Shown piece after piece: positions 6,802-14,553 of a stretch of 64,000 bases of DNA (the stretch's first letter is position 1; every line of letters begins with the position of its first letter). Under the pieces are notes generated by a model. The model made no database searches. It saw only the letters and a program-made list of their open reading frames with translations, and was not told the origin of the DNA. The position numbers and the translations under genes are program-made. The stretch covers positions 17,790-81,789 of the forward strand of contig JAKAHV010000011.1 of the NCBI GenBank assembly GCA_021825295.1, given 5' to 3'. Origin of the DNA: Nitrospirota bacterium. Its GTDB lineage: Bacteria > Nitrospirota > Thermodesulfovibrionia > Thermodesulfovibrionales > JdFR-88.

Positions 6802-8778
6802 ATGACCAGGCACAGAGTGATTTTTCAGCCCTCCGGCAGGAGGGGCGAGGTAGAAGACGGCACGAACCTTCTGGATGCCGCCCGCAACCTCGGGGTTGAC
6901 ATAGAGTCGATCTGCGGCGGCAAGGGCACCTGCGGCAAATGCAAGGTAAGGGTGGAGGAGGGTTTTTTTGAGAAGGACTCGATGGACTCCAGAATGGGCC
7001 ACCTCTCCCCGCTTACCGGCCAGGAGATGAAATTCCTGAAACCCTCGGACGGACCGGCCATGAGGCTTGCCTGCGCGGCGCAGGTGCACGGAGACGTGAA
7101 GATATTCGTCCCGGAGAAGTCCAGGGCCGGCAAGCAGATCGTGAGAAAAGCTGCAAAGGAGCTGAGCATCGCGGTGGAGCCGGCCGTGAGGAAATATTTC
7201 GTGGAACTGGCAAAGCCGTCCCTCAATGAGCCCATCACGGGGGATTTCGAAAGGCTCCGCGAGGCCCTCCGCAGGCAGGCGGGCGTCGACGCCCTTTCCA
7301 TGGATTTCCCGGTGCTCAGGGACCTCCAGGACGCAATCAGGAAAGGCAACTGGGGCGTTACCGTCACCCTCTGGAAGGGCCGTGAGATAATAAAAGTGGA
7401 GCCGGGCTTCGTGGAGGCGGCCTACGGGCTTGCCGTGGACGTGGGGACCACTACGGTCGTGGGCTATCTTACCGATCTTGCCACGGGAAAGGTCGTAAAC
7501 ACCGGGTCCATGATGAACCCGCAGGTCCCCTACGGCGAGGACGTGATGTCCCGGATCACCTACGCCATGACTAACGAAGGCGGCGTCCAGAGGATGCAGA
7601 AGGCGATAATCGACGGCCTGAACGAGATCATCGCCAATGTGACAAAGGACCTCAGGATAAACGGCGGGGCCTCCGGCGGGGAGGCGATAGTCGACCTGAC
7701 AATCGTCTTCAATACCGCCATGCACCACATATTCCTCGGCTTCAACCCGGAGCACATCGGGCGTTCCCCCTTCATCCCGGCCATTCAGCACGGCATCGGC
7801 ATAAAGGCAAGGGACCTGGGGATAAAGATAAACCCGGGCTCCTACATATACGTGCTGCCGATAGAGGCGGGATTCGTGGGCGCCGACAACGTGGGGGTGC
7901 TGATCGCGGAGGAGCCCTACAACATGGACGAAAACGTCCTTATCATAGACATAGGCACAAACGGCGAGCTGCTGCTTGGCAACAGGACGCGGGTCTGCTC
8001 CACGTCCTGCGCGACCGGGCCCGCCTTCGAGGGCGCGCAGATAAAGATGGGCATGCGCGCCGCGCCGGGCGCGATTGAGAAGGTGAGGATAGACCCGGCA
8101 ACCAAGGAGCCCCTCTACAAGGTGATCGGCAAGGAGGACTGGCACACGCGCGTGGAGAAGATAGACGCCAAGGGGATATGCGGCTCCGGCATCATAGACG
8201 CCATTGCCGAGATGTACAAGGCGGGCATAATAGACAAATCCGGGAAGTTCGACATGACGGTGAAGAACCGCCGTGTGCGAAGGGACCACGACGGGAAACC
8301 GGAATACGTGCTTGCCTGGGCCGGCGAGACATCCATCGGAACGGACATAACCATAAACCAGGGGGACGTACGGGCCCTGCAGCTTGCGAAGGCGGCGCTC
8401 TACGCCGGGGCGAAGCTCATGATGCAGAAGATGGGCATGGAGAAACTGGACAAGGTGATACTGGCCGGGGCCTTCGGCAGCTACATAGACAAGGAAGCGG
8501 CGATGACACTGGGGATGTTCCCCGACTGCGAAATCGACAAGGTCTACGCGGTCGGCAACGCGGCCGGCGACGGCGCGAGGATGGCCCTCCTGAACACCTC
8601 GAAGAGGGACGAGGCCGAGCAAAGGGCCAGGTGGGTGGAGTTCGTGGAGATAGCCGTAGAGCCGAACTTCGAGCGGGAGTTCATGCAGGCCATGCACCTG
8701 CCCCATATGAAGGACCGTTTCCCGAACTTAAAGAAGCTGCTCGAAAAGGCCGCCTCCCCGGTGGTGATAAATGGATAG
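6802..8778 (+). CDS. Reductive activase of corrinoid enzymes (RACE/COG3894 type; 2Fe-2S ferredoxin + ASKHA ATPase)
   Basis: N-terminal plant-type ferredoxin motif CGGKGTCGKCKV. ASKHA motifs are GLAVDVGTTTVVG, IDIGTNGE and GICGSGIIDA. Confidence 0.85.
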   Translation: MTRHRVIFQPSGRRGEVEDGTNLLDAARNLGVDIESICGGKGTCGKCKVRVEEGFFEKDSMDSRMGHLSPLTGQEMKFLKPSDGPAMRLACAAQVHGDVKIFVPEKSRAGKQIVRKAAKELSIAVEPAVRKYFVELAKPSLNEPITGDFERLREALRRQAGVDALSMDFPVLRDLQDAIRKGNWGVTVTLWKGREIIKVEPGFVEAAYGLAVDVGTTTVVGYLTDLATGKVVNTGSMMNPQVPYGEDVMSRITYAMTNEGGVQRMQKAIIDGLNEIIANVTKDLRINGGASGGEAIVDLTIVFNTAMHHIFLGFNPEHIGRSPFIPAIQHGIGIKARDLGIKINPGSYIYVLPIEAGFVGADNVGVLIAEEPYNMDENVLIIDIGTNGELLLGNRTRVCSTSCATGPAFEGAQIKMGMRAAPGAIEKVRIDPATKEPLYKVIGKEDWHTRVEKIDAKGICGSGIIDAIAEMYKAGIIDKSGKFDMTVKNRRVRRDHDGKPEYVLAWAGETSIGTDITINQGDVRALQLAKAALYAGAKLMMQKMGMEKLDKVILAGAFGSYIDKEAAMTLGMFPDCEIDKVYAVGNAAGDGARMALLNTSKRDEAEQRARWVEFVEIAVEPNFEREFMQAMHLPHMKDRFPNLKKLLEKAASPVVING

Positions 8779-8799
8779 CGGAACAGGACGGTTTTTGAG

Positions 8800-9114
8800 A
8801 TGACCAGGCTCAAAGTGAATTCAGGCGCATGCGGATTCATCTCCAGCGTAACGGTGGAGAAGGAAAAGGGAAAGAACGTCTCCGTGCGGATAGAGACGGA
8901 CTGTGAGATGGTGAGGAATCTGGGCCCGGAGATAGCCAGTCTCGAGATCATGAGCGTGGCCTTCACGAATTTCCTCAACAACCCGGTCTACAAGGCCGCC
9001 GCAAAACATCTCAGGCACGTGGCATGCCCCGTGCCCTGCGCGGTTATAAAAGCCGTCGAGGTTGAGTCGGGGTTTTGCCTGCCGCGCGACGTAAGCATGA
9101 CATTCGAAAAATAA
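8800..9114 (+). CDS. Small cysteine-containing hypothetical protein
   Basis: 104 aa with Cys in SGACGF, ETDCEM, VACPVPCAV and GFCLP. It lies between the RACE gene and folD on the same strand. I do not recognise the family. Confidence 0.5.
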   Translation: MTRLKVNSGACGFISSVTVEKEKGKNVSVRIETDCEMVRNLGPEIASLEIMSVAFTNFLNNPVYKAAAKHLRHVACPVPCAVIKAVEVESGFCLPRDVSMTFEK

Positions 9115-9184
9115 GTTTTTTTGGGGCGGCGGAGGGGGAAAAAGGAGATTTTTGATTGATTATGCGAAACCGGAGGCGGAAAGG

Positions 9185-10072
9185 ATGACCCGGGAAGCGG
9201 CAGCGACAATCGTGATGGACGGCAGGGGGCTTGCCGAGGAGATTAAAAAAGAGGTCGCGGCAGGCGTGCGGGAACTGGGGAATTCCGGCATCGATGCCGG
9301 TCTTGCCCTGCTTCTTGTGGGGGGCAACCCCGCCTCGAAGCAGTATTTTCTTGCCACAAAAAAGGCCGCAAAAAAGGCAGGCATAACCATCTATGAGTAC
9401 GTCCTGCCGGCCGATGCGTCAATGGGCGAGATACTTAACATAGTGAATTCGGTCAACCGCGATGAACGGATAAGCGGGCTCCTGCCGCTCATGCCGTTTC
9501 CAAGGAGGATCGACACCAGGCGGGTCGTAAACGCCATATCGCCCGGCAAGGACGTGGACGGACTGGGGGCGATCTCCATAGGCAGGCTCCAGGCGGACGA
9601 GCCCACTATCTTCGTTCCCTGCACTCCCTTTGGGGTAATAAGGCTGCTGGACCACTACGGCATAAACATCCGGGGCAAAAACGCGGTCGTGGTGGGCAAA
9701 AGCCTGGCTGTGGGAAAGCCCCTGGCCAACATGCTGCTTGCAAGGGAGGCCACTGTGACGGTCTGCCACAAGCAGACGCGGGACCTGGCCTTTTTCACCG
9801 GCGCCGCCGATATAGTCTGCTCCGCCACGGGTGTTAAAAACCTGATCAGCGGCCGGATGATAAAAGAGGGGGCCGTGGTGGTCGACATAGGCATAAACGT
9901 GCTGGCGGACGGCGGCATCGTGGGGGATGTCGATTTCGGCAGCGCCATGGGAAAGGCGGGATACCTGACCCCCGTGCCGGGCGGCGTGGGGCCGGTGACG
10001 ATAGCGATGCTCCTTGAAAACACCCTGAAATCGGCAAAGCGGAATGAAAACTCACAGGGGGCCCTGCCTTGA
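9185..10072 (+). CDS. folD: Bifunctional methylene-THF dehydrogenase / methenyl-THF cyclohydrolase
   Basis: IVMDGRGLAEEIKKEV, LLLVGGNPASKQY, GKNAVVVGKSLAVGKPLANMLL and PVPGGVGPVTIAMLLENT. ATG 9185 is preceded by GGAGG; the upstream TTG 9152 is also possible. Confidence 0.9.
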   Translation: MTREAAATIVMDGRGLAEEIKKEVAAGVRELGNSGIDAGLALLLVGGNPASKQYFLATKKAAKKAGITIYEYVLPADASMGEILNIVNSVNRDERISGLLPLMPFPRRIDTRRVVNAISPGKDVDGLGAISIGRLQADEPTIFVPCTPFGVIRLLDHYGINIRGKNAVVVGKSLAVGKPLANMLLAREATVTVCHKQTRDLAFFTGAADIVCSATGVKNLISGRMIKEGAVVVDIGINVLADGGIVGDVDFGSAMGKAGYLTPVPGGVGPVTIAMLLENTLKSAKRNENSQGALP

Positions 10073-10809
10073 CCGGAAAATTTCTCTTGCCCGGGAAATT
10101 CCTTGCCGTGGCCGCCTGGGCCGCTTACACGATTTTTTTTGTGAGGGTGGTGGCGCACGTGGCACTCTGGTTCAAAAGGCCCTGGCGCGGCGCCGCAGCG
10201 GGAATGCCCCCGGAGGATGTGAAATTAAAGCTCCCCGTCCTGCCCGTGATTGCGCCGGCTGCCCTTGAGGCGCTTTTTTTAAGGAGGCTCCTCAAGGCAA
10301 ACCCTGTCCTGTGGATTGGCGAGTGGGTCTTCCACATGAGCTTCGTCCTGGTGCTCCTGCGGCATCTGAGGTATTTTCTGACGCCCGTGCCGGAGTTCAT
10401 CTGGCGGATGCAGTTGCCCGGAAGGATCGCAGGCTATATCATGCCCTTCTCCCTTCTTTATATAATCATTGTAAAGGCAGTCGCGGGCAAAAGCAGATAC
10501 GCGTTTGGCTACAACTATTTTCTCCTTGTAACCCTTCTGCTCATCAGCGGGCTTGGCGTTCTCATGAGCACGGTCTTTCACCCGAACATCGTCGCCGTAA
10601 AGGAGTACATGATGAGCGCGCTCAGACTAAAGGCGGCGGCCTCCGTGGCGGCGGCCTGGAGCCTGCCCGGCGGCCTGCCGTTTCTCGCCCATTTCACCCT
10701 TGCGCTCGTACTGCTTGTTTACCTGCCCACTCACATATTTGCGGCCCCTTTCACGCTCTACGAGGCGAAGAAACGCGAGAAGACGCTGGGGAGGATTTTG
10801 CATGACTGA
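10069..10809 (+). CDS. NarI/HdrE/DsrM-type di-heme-b membrane subunit
   Basis: Multiple hydrophobic helices with His pairs in WVFHMSFVLVLLRHLRYF and LAHFTLALVLLVYLPTHIF. The TTG start overlaps the folD TGA (TTGA, 10069-10072). Confidence 0.65.
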   Translation: MTGKFLLPGKFLAVAAWAAYTIFFVRVVAHVALWFKRPWRGAAAGMPPEDVKLKLPVLPVIAPAALEALFLRRLLKANPVLWIGEWVFHMSFVLVLLRHLRYFLTPVPEFIWRMQLPGRIAGYIMPFSLLYIIIVKAVAGKSRYAFGYNYFLLVTLLLISGLGVLMSTVFHPNIVAVKEYMMSALRLKAAASVAAAWSLPGGLPFLAHFTLALVLLVYLPTHIFAAPFTLYEAKKREKTLGRILHD

Positions 10810-10842
10810 AGGGTTGAATAAACATTTCTCCGCCCTGAGTGA

Positions 10843-10881
10843 AACCCTCTCCCTAAAAAGGGAGAGGGTTGGGAGCGGGTG
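10843..10881. repeat. CCCTCTCCC/GGGAGAGGG hairpin repeat, copy 1 (inverted orientation)
   Basis: AACCCTCTCCC-TAAAAA-GGGAGAGGGTT followed by GGGAGCGGGTG. Same family as 15775-15813 and 49529-49577. Confidence 0.7.
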
Positions 10882-10901
10882 CAATATTGGCAGAGGGCTT
10901 T

Positions 10902-12113
10902 ATGCCTGAAAGTGAATCCTTCACCAGGTGCCTCTCGGCCGGCCAGCTCGTGGAGCTTGATGCCTGCGCCAGGTGCGGCGAATGCCTGAAATACTGCCCC
11001 GTGCAGGAGGTGACGTCGGACAAGTCCATATCGCCGCCGGAGAAAATCCGCCTCTTCAGGGAATTCATCGCGAATACGGAGGGCCTCAAATCGAAATTTT
11101 TCGGTCCGGGGAAGATAGACAGGAGGCTCCTTGAGGATTTCGCGAAGGCCGTCTATGAATGCACGACCTGCGGGGCGTGCGGGCAGGCATGCACCGTCGG
11201 CATATTCACCCAGAGGCTTTGGCCGATGCTCAGACGCGAGATGGTCAGGCGCGGGCTTGGTCCTTTTGGCAGCCAGCGCGAGACGCCGGCCGCGGTGGAA
11301 AAGACCGGCAACCCGTACGGGAAACCGGCCGGGGAGAGGTTTTCATCCTGGCTGCCGGCAGGGCTGAAGATCGCCGGGAGGGCAAAACTCGGCTATTACG
11401 CCGGATGCACAGGGGCCTATGAGGCGCAGCCGATGGTCAGGGGCGACGTGGAGGTGCTTGGAAAAATCGGCGAGCCTTTCACGATGCTGGATGCGGAGGA
11501 GGAGGCCTGCTGCGGTTTCCCGCTTTTCATAACCGGGCAATTCGAGCTGCTCGAGGGGCTGGTAAAAAGGCTGGTTGACGCCTATGCCCGAAGAGGGGTC
11601 GAGACGCTCGTCTGCTCATGTCCCTGCTGCGTCAATATGATGTCGAGGGACTGGCCCCCGTTCTACGGCGCGAAACTGCCCTTCAGGATAAGGCACATCA
11701 CCCAGTATGTGGCCGCCGCGCTCGACGGGGGAAGGCTGCGGATAAGCGGCGGCACCGGGGAAACACTGATCTATCACGACCCCTGTTATCTGTCTCGCGG
11801 GGTGGGCATCACGGAGGAGCCGCGGTCGATATTGCGCCGCATCCCGGGGGCGAATCTGCTTGAGTTCGACAGGCACGGGGCGCAGTCGCGCTGCTGCGGG
11901 GCGGGGGGCGCCGCCAGGAAGGTCTTTCACGACAACGCAATCGCCATCGCAAGGCTCTCGATCGATGAGGCCCGCCGCAAGGGGGCCCACAGGCTGGTGC
12001 TCAGTTGCCCGGCCTGTTATTCGAAGGTGGGCGAGGCGATGGCCGGCTATGGGGAAAATGAAAGGCATATCCGGATTGTCGACATAATGGAGCTTCTGTC
12101 GGGGGTAATATGA
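10902..12113 (+). CDS. HdrD/DsrK/GlpC-type Fe-S disulfide reductase subunit (2x[4Fe-4S] + 2 CCG domains)
   Basis: CARCGECLKYCP, CTTCGACGQAC, EEACCGFP...CSCPCC and SRCCGAGG...SCPAC. I chose ATG 10902 because TTG 10869 lies inside the hairpin repeat. Confidence 0.8.
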   Translation: MPESESFTRCLSAGQLVELDACARCGECLKYCPVQEVTSDKSISPPEKIRLFREFIANTEGLKSKFFGPGKIDRRLLEDFAKAVYECTTCGACGQACTVGIFTQRLWPMLRREMVRRGLGPFGSQRETPAAVEKTGNPYGKPAGERFSSWLPAGLKIAGRAKLGYYAGCTGAYEAQPMVRGDVEVLGKIGEPFTMLDAEEEACCGFPLFITGQFELLEGLVKRLVDAYARRGVETLVCSCPCCVNMMSRDWPPFYGAKLPFRIRHITQYVAAALDGGRLRISGGTGETLIYHDPCYLSRGVGITEEPRSILRRIPGANLLEFDRHGAQSRCCGAGGAARKVFHDNAIAIARLSIDEARRKGAHRLVLSCPACYSKVGEAMAGYGENERHIRIVDIMELLSGVI

Positions 12114-13366
12114 GCCACTTCACCATCGCGTGCAGGAAATGCGGCAAGGAGCTTGAGGACGCCTACTGCGCCTTTTGCGAACATTGCGCAAACGCCCTAC
12201 TCGTGACGAGATACAGGGAGAAGAAGTTCAGGGAAGAGGCGGCGGAGGGCATCTGGAGATTTTCCAACTGGCTGCCGGTCCACAAGGCCGCCTTCCCGCA
12301 GCCCTCTCCCATAGTGTTCCGATCCGAGGGGTTTGCCGGAAAGATCGGCCTTGAGGAGCTTTACGTCGTTTTTTGCGGTTACTGGCCCGAAAGGGGCGCA
12401 AATCTTCTGACCTGCACCTTCAAGGAGTTCGAGGCGGCCACCGTCATCGCAAACGCGATGGAAAACCATATAGACGGGCTTGTAGTGGCCTCGGCGGGCA
12501 ACACCGCCAGGGCCTTTACCCATCTCTCATCGGTCTCCGGCTTTCAGGCTGTTATAATAGTCCCCACGATGTGCCTTGGCGAGATGTGGAACCTGGAGGA
12601 GAAGCCCTCAGCCCCGACCATCGCGCTTTCGGACGGCGACTATTCGGACTCGATAGCCGCCGCAAGGCGGATATCGAGTCTTTCGGGCATGCCCTTCGAG
12701 GGCGGGGTAAAGAACATCGCCAAAAGAGACGGCCTCGGCATCGCCCTCCTGGAGGCCGTTGCCTGCATGAAGAAGCTCCCCCGCCATTATTTCCAGGCTG
12801 TGGGCAGCGGGGCCGGCGCAATAGCCACATGGGAGATGTCTGAAAGGTTTTTGGGCGACGGCAGGTTCGGCTCCGTGCCGCCCGCCCTGCACCTGGCCCA
12901 GAACCTGCCCTTCGCCCCGATGACGAAGGCGTACCTGAAGAAAAGCCGGGAAATCTTCGAGGAGGACCTGGACCCGGAACTCATTGGGGAGATCACCACC
13001 AGGGTGCTTTCGAACCGTTATCCGGCATACGGAGTTTCAGGGGGCGTCTTCGACGCCCTTGAGGCAACCGGCGGCTCGATGTACGGGGTCACAAACAGCG
13101 AGGTATACCGCGCGATGGAGATGTTCGAGGCCGCCGAGGGGATCGACATAGTGCCGGCCGCCGGAGTGGCCGCGGCCGCTTTAATACAGGCTGTGCGGCA
13201 GGGGAAGATACGCCCCGATGAGCCGGTGCTGCTGAATATAACCGGCGGCGGAGAGAAGCGGCTTCTTGAAGACAGGCAGGCGCACCGGGTGGACCCGGTG
13301 GTCATATCCAAAAAAATAACGGACGAGGAGATAAGGGAACTGCTGTGCTCGCTGAAGAAAAACTGA
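12110..13366 (+). CDS. Threonine-synthase-fold PLP enzyme, best fit cysteate synthase family
   Basis: N-terminal zinc ribbon (CRKCG...CAFCEHC), GYWPERGANLLTCTFKEFEA (putative PLP Lys), ASAGNTARAF, HYFQAVGSGAGA, DGRFG and QNLPFAPM. The ATG overlaps the upstream stop (ATGA, 12110-12113). Confidence 0.6.
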   Translation: MSHFTIACRKCGKELEDAYCAFCEHCANALLVTRYREKKFREEAAEGIWRFSNWLPVHKAAFPQPSPIVFRSEGFAGKIGLEELYVVFCGYWPERGANLLTCTFKEFEAATVIANAMENHIDGLVVASAGNTARAFTHLSSVSGFQAVIIVPTMCLGEMWNLEEKPSAPTIALSDGDYSDSIAAARRISSLSGMPFEGGVKNIAKRDGLGIALLEAVACMKKLPRHYFQAVGSGAGAIATWEMSERFLGDGRFGSVPPALHLAQNLPFAPMTKAYLKKSREIFEEDLDPELIGEITTRVLSNRYPAYGVSGGVFDALEATGGSMYGVTNSEVYRAMEMFEAAEGIDIVPAAGVAAAALIQAVRQGKIRPDEPVLLNITGGGEKRLLEDRQAHRVDPVVISKKITDEEIRELLCSLKKN

Positions 13367-14553
13367 TAGGAATGCTGGAGGCGGGCGGCGTGGATTTTAC
13401 GGCCAGCCTGCCCTGCGACAGGATGAAACGCCTTATCGCGATGGTGCCCCGGACATTCTTCCACATACCGCTTACGCGCGAGGAAGAGGGGGCCGGCATC
13501 TGCGCCGGGGCCGCGCTTTCTGGCAGGCGGCCGGCCATGTTCATTCAGAATTCAGGCGTCGGCAACATGATAAACGCCCTTCTGTCGCTCACCGGTTTTT
13601 ATGAGCTTCCCCTGGCCCTGTTCATAAGCCACAGGGGGCTGTACAAGGAAAAGATCGCGGCCCAGAGGCCGATGGGCGAAAAACTGCCCGGCATTCTACG
13701 GGGCGCCGGGATAGCCTTTACCAGAATCGAAAAAGCAAAAGACCTTAACCTGATACCCGGAAGGCTCGATCAGGTTTACAGGAAAAATAGAATCCACGCC
13801 TTCCTCCTGAGCCCGGCAGTCTGGGAGGAGGCAGAGGCAAAAGACAACATGCCGCAGCCGGTCCTCACTCTGTCATCTCCCGGCGGGAATCTCAGCCGCA
13901 GGCAAAGGGTTGCCCCGGCGCAGGGAAAAATTGAAAAGTTGAAACCCAGGCTTACCAGATATGAGATACTCCGCGCGGTCTGGCCCGCGCTTGAATCCAG
14001 GGCGGTCGTCTGCAATCTGGGATTTCCCGCGAGGGAGCTCTATCACATAGGGCACAGGCCCTCGCATTTCTACATGCTGGGCAGCATGGGAATGGCGACC
14101 CCGATAGGGCTGGGGATCGCGCTCGCCACGAAAAAAGAGATCGTCGTGATAGACGGTGACGGGGCCCTGCTGATGAACCCGGGCACCATGGCCACCGCCG
14201 CCTGCCTCCGCCCCGGCAACCTGACCGTCTTCGCCGTTGACAACGGGGCCTACGGTTCCACAGGGAACCAGCCCACGCTTGCCAGGCGGTGCATCGACCT
14301 GGAGGAGGCAGCCAGGGGGCTCGGATTCAGGCGCACAATCAAGGCGGCCGGCAAAAGACAGCTCATTCGATCGCTTGAAATAAAGGAGGGGGCGGATAGC
14401 CCATCCGCCCCCTCCGGACCCGGATTCATCCATGCACTCGCCCTTCCAGGCAACCGGGAAACACCGGTCATCCCGCTTGACCGCCTGGAGATAAAACGTC
14501 AGTTCATGGCTTTTTTAGATTCCCAGACTATTTATTCTCGTCCATACTGCTAA
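13345..14553 (+). CDS. Fused alpha+beta ThDP decarboxylase, sulfopyruvate decarboxylase (ComD-ComE)-like
   Basis: The alpha part has HIPLTREEEGAGICAGAALSGRRPAMFIQNSGVGNMINAL and ISHRGLYKEKIAAQRPMG. The beta part has YMLGSMGMATPIGLG and the ThDP motif IDGDGALLMNPG...VDNGAYGSTG. The GTG start overlaps the upstream gene by 22 nt; ATG 13372 is an alternative. Phosphonopyruvate decarboxylase cannot be excluded on motifs alone. Confidence 0.65.
   Translation: MLAEEKLIGMLEAGGVDFTASLPCDRMKRLIAMVPRTFFHIPLTREEEGAGICAGAALSGRRPAMFIQNSGVGNMINALLSLTGFYELPLALFISHRGLYKEKIAAQRPMGEKLPGILRGAGIAFTRIEKAKDLNLIPGRLDQVYRKNRIHAFLLSPAVWEEAEAKDNMPQPVLTLSSPGGNLSRRQRVAPAQGKIEKLKPRLTRYEILRAVWPALESRAVVCNLGFPARELYHIGHRPSHFYMLGSMGMATPIGLGIALATKKEIVVIDGDGALLMNPGTMATAACLRPGNLTVFAVDNGAYGSTGNQPTLARRCIDLEEAARGLGFRRTIKAAGKRQLIRSLEIKEGADSPSAPSGPGFIHALALPGNRETPVIPLDRLEIKRQFMAFLDSQTIYSRPYC

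Noticed and set aside
6763-8706. Very long antisense ORFs opposite well-supported genes. Examples: 6763-8706 (647 aa), 16819-18777 (652 aa), 45199-46620 (473 aa), 54588-55835 (415 aa), 49197-50438 (413 aa), 21090-22244 (384 aa), 30866-31915, 29366-30379, 1782-2693 and 39516-40040.
   Set aside because: Their translations are R/G/H/P/L-rich and of low complexity, with no recognisable motifs. The opposite strand in each case encodes a protein with clear family signatures. Long stop-free antisense frames are expected in GC-rich DNA.
13345-14553. Alternative reading of the ComDE-like gene as phosphonopyruvate decarboxylase, i.e. a phosphonate cluster.
   Set aside because: This is not fully rejected. 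I disfavour it because no PEP mutase or phosphonate aminotransferase is in the window and the gene overlaps a cysteate-synthase-like gene. Phylogeny and a genome-wide pepM search are needed.
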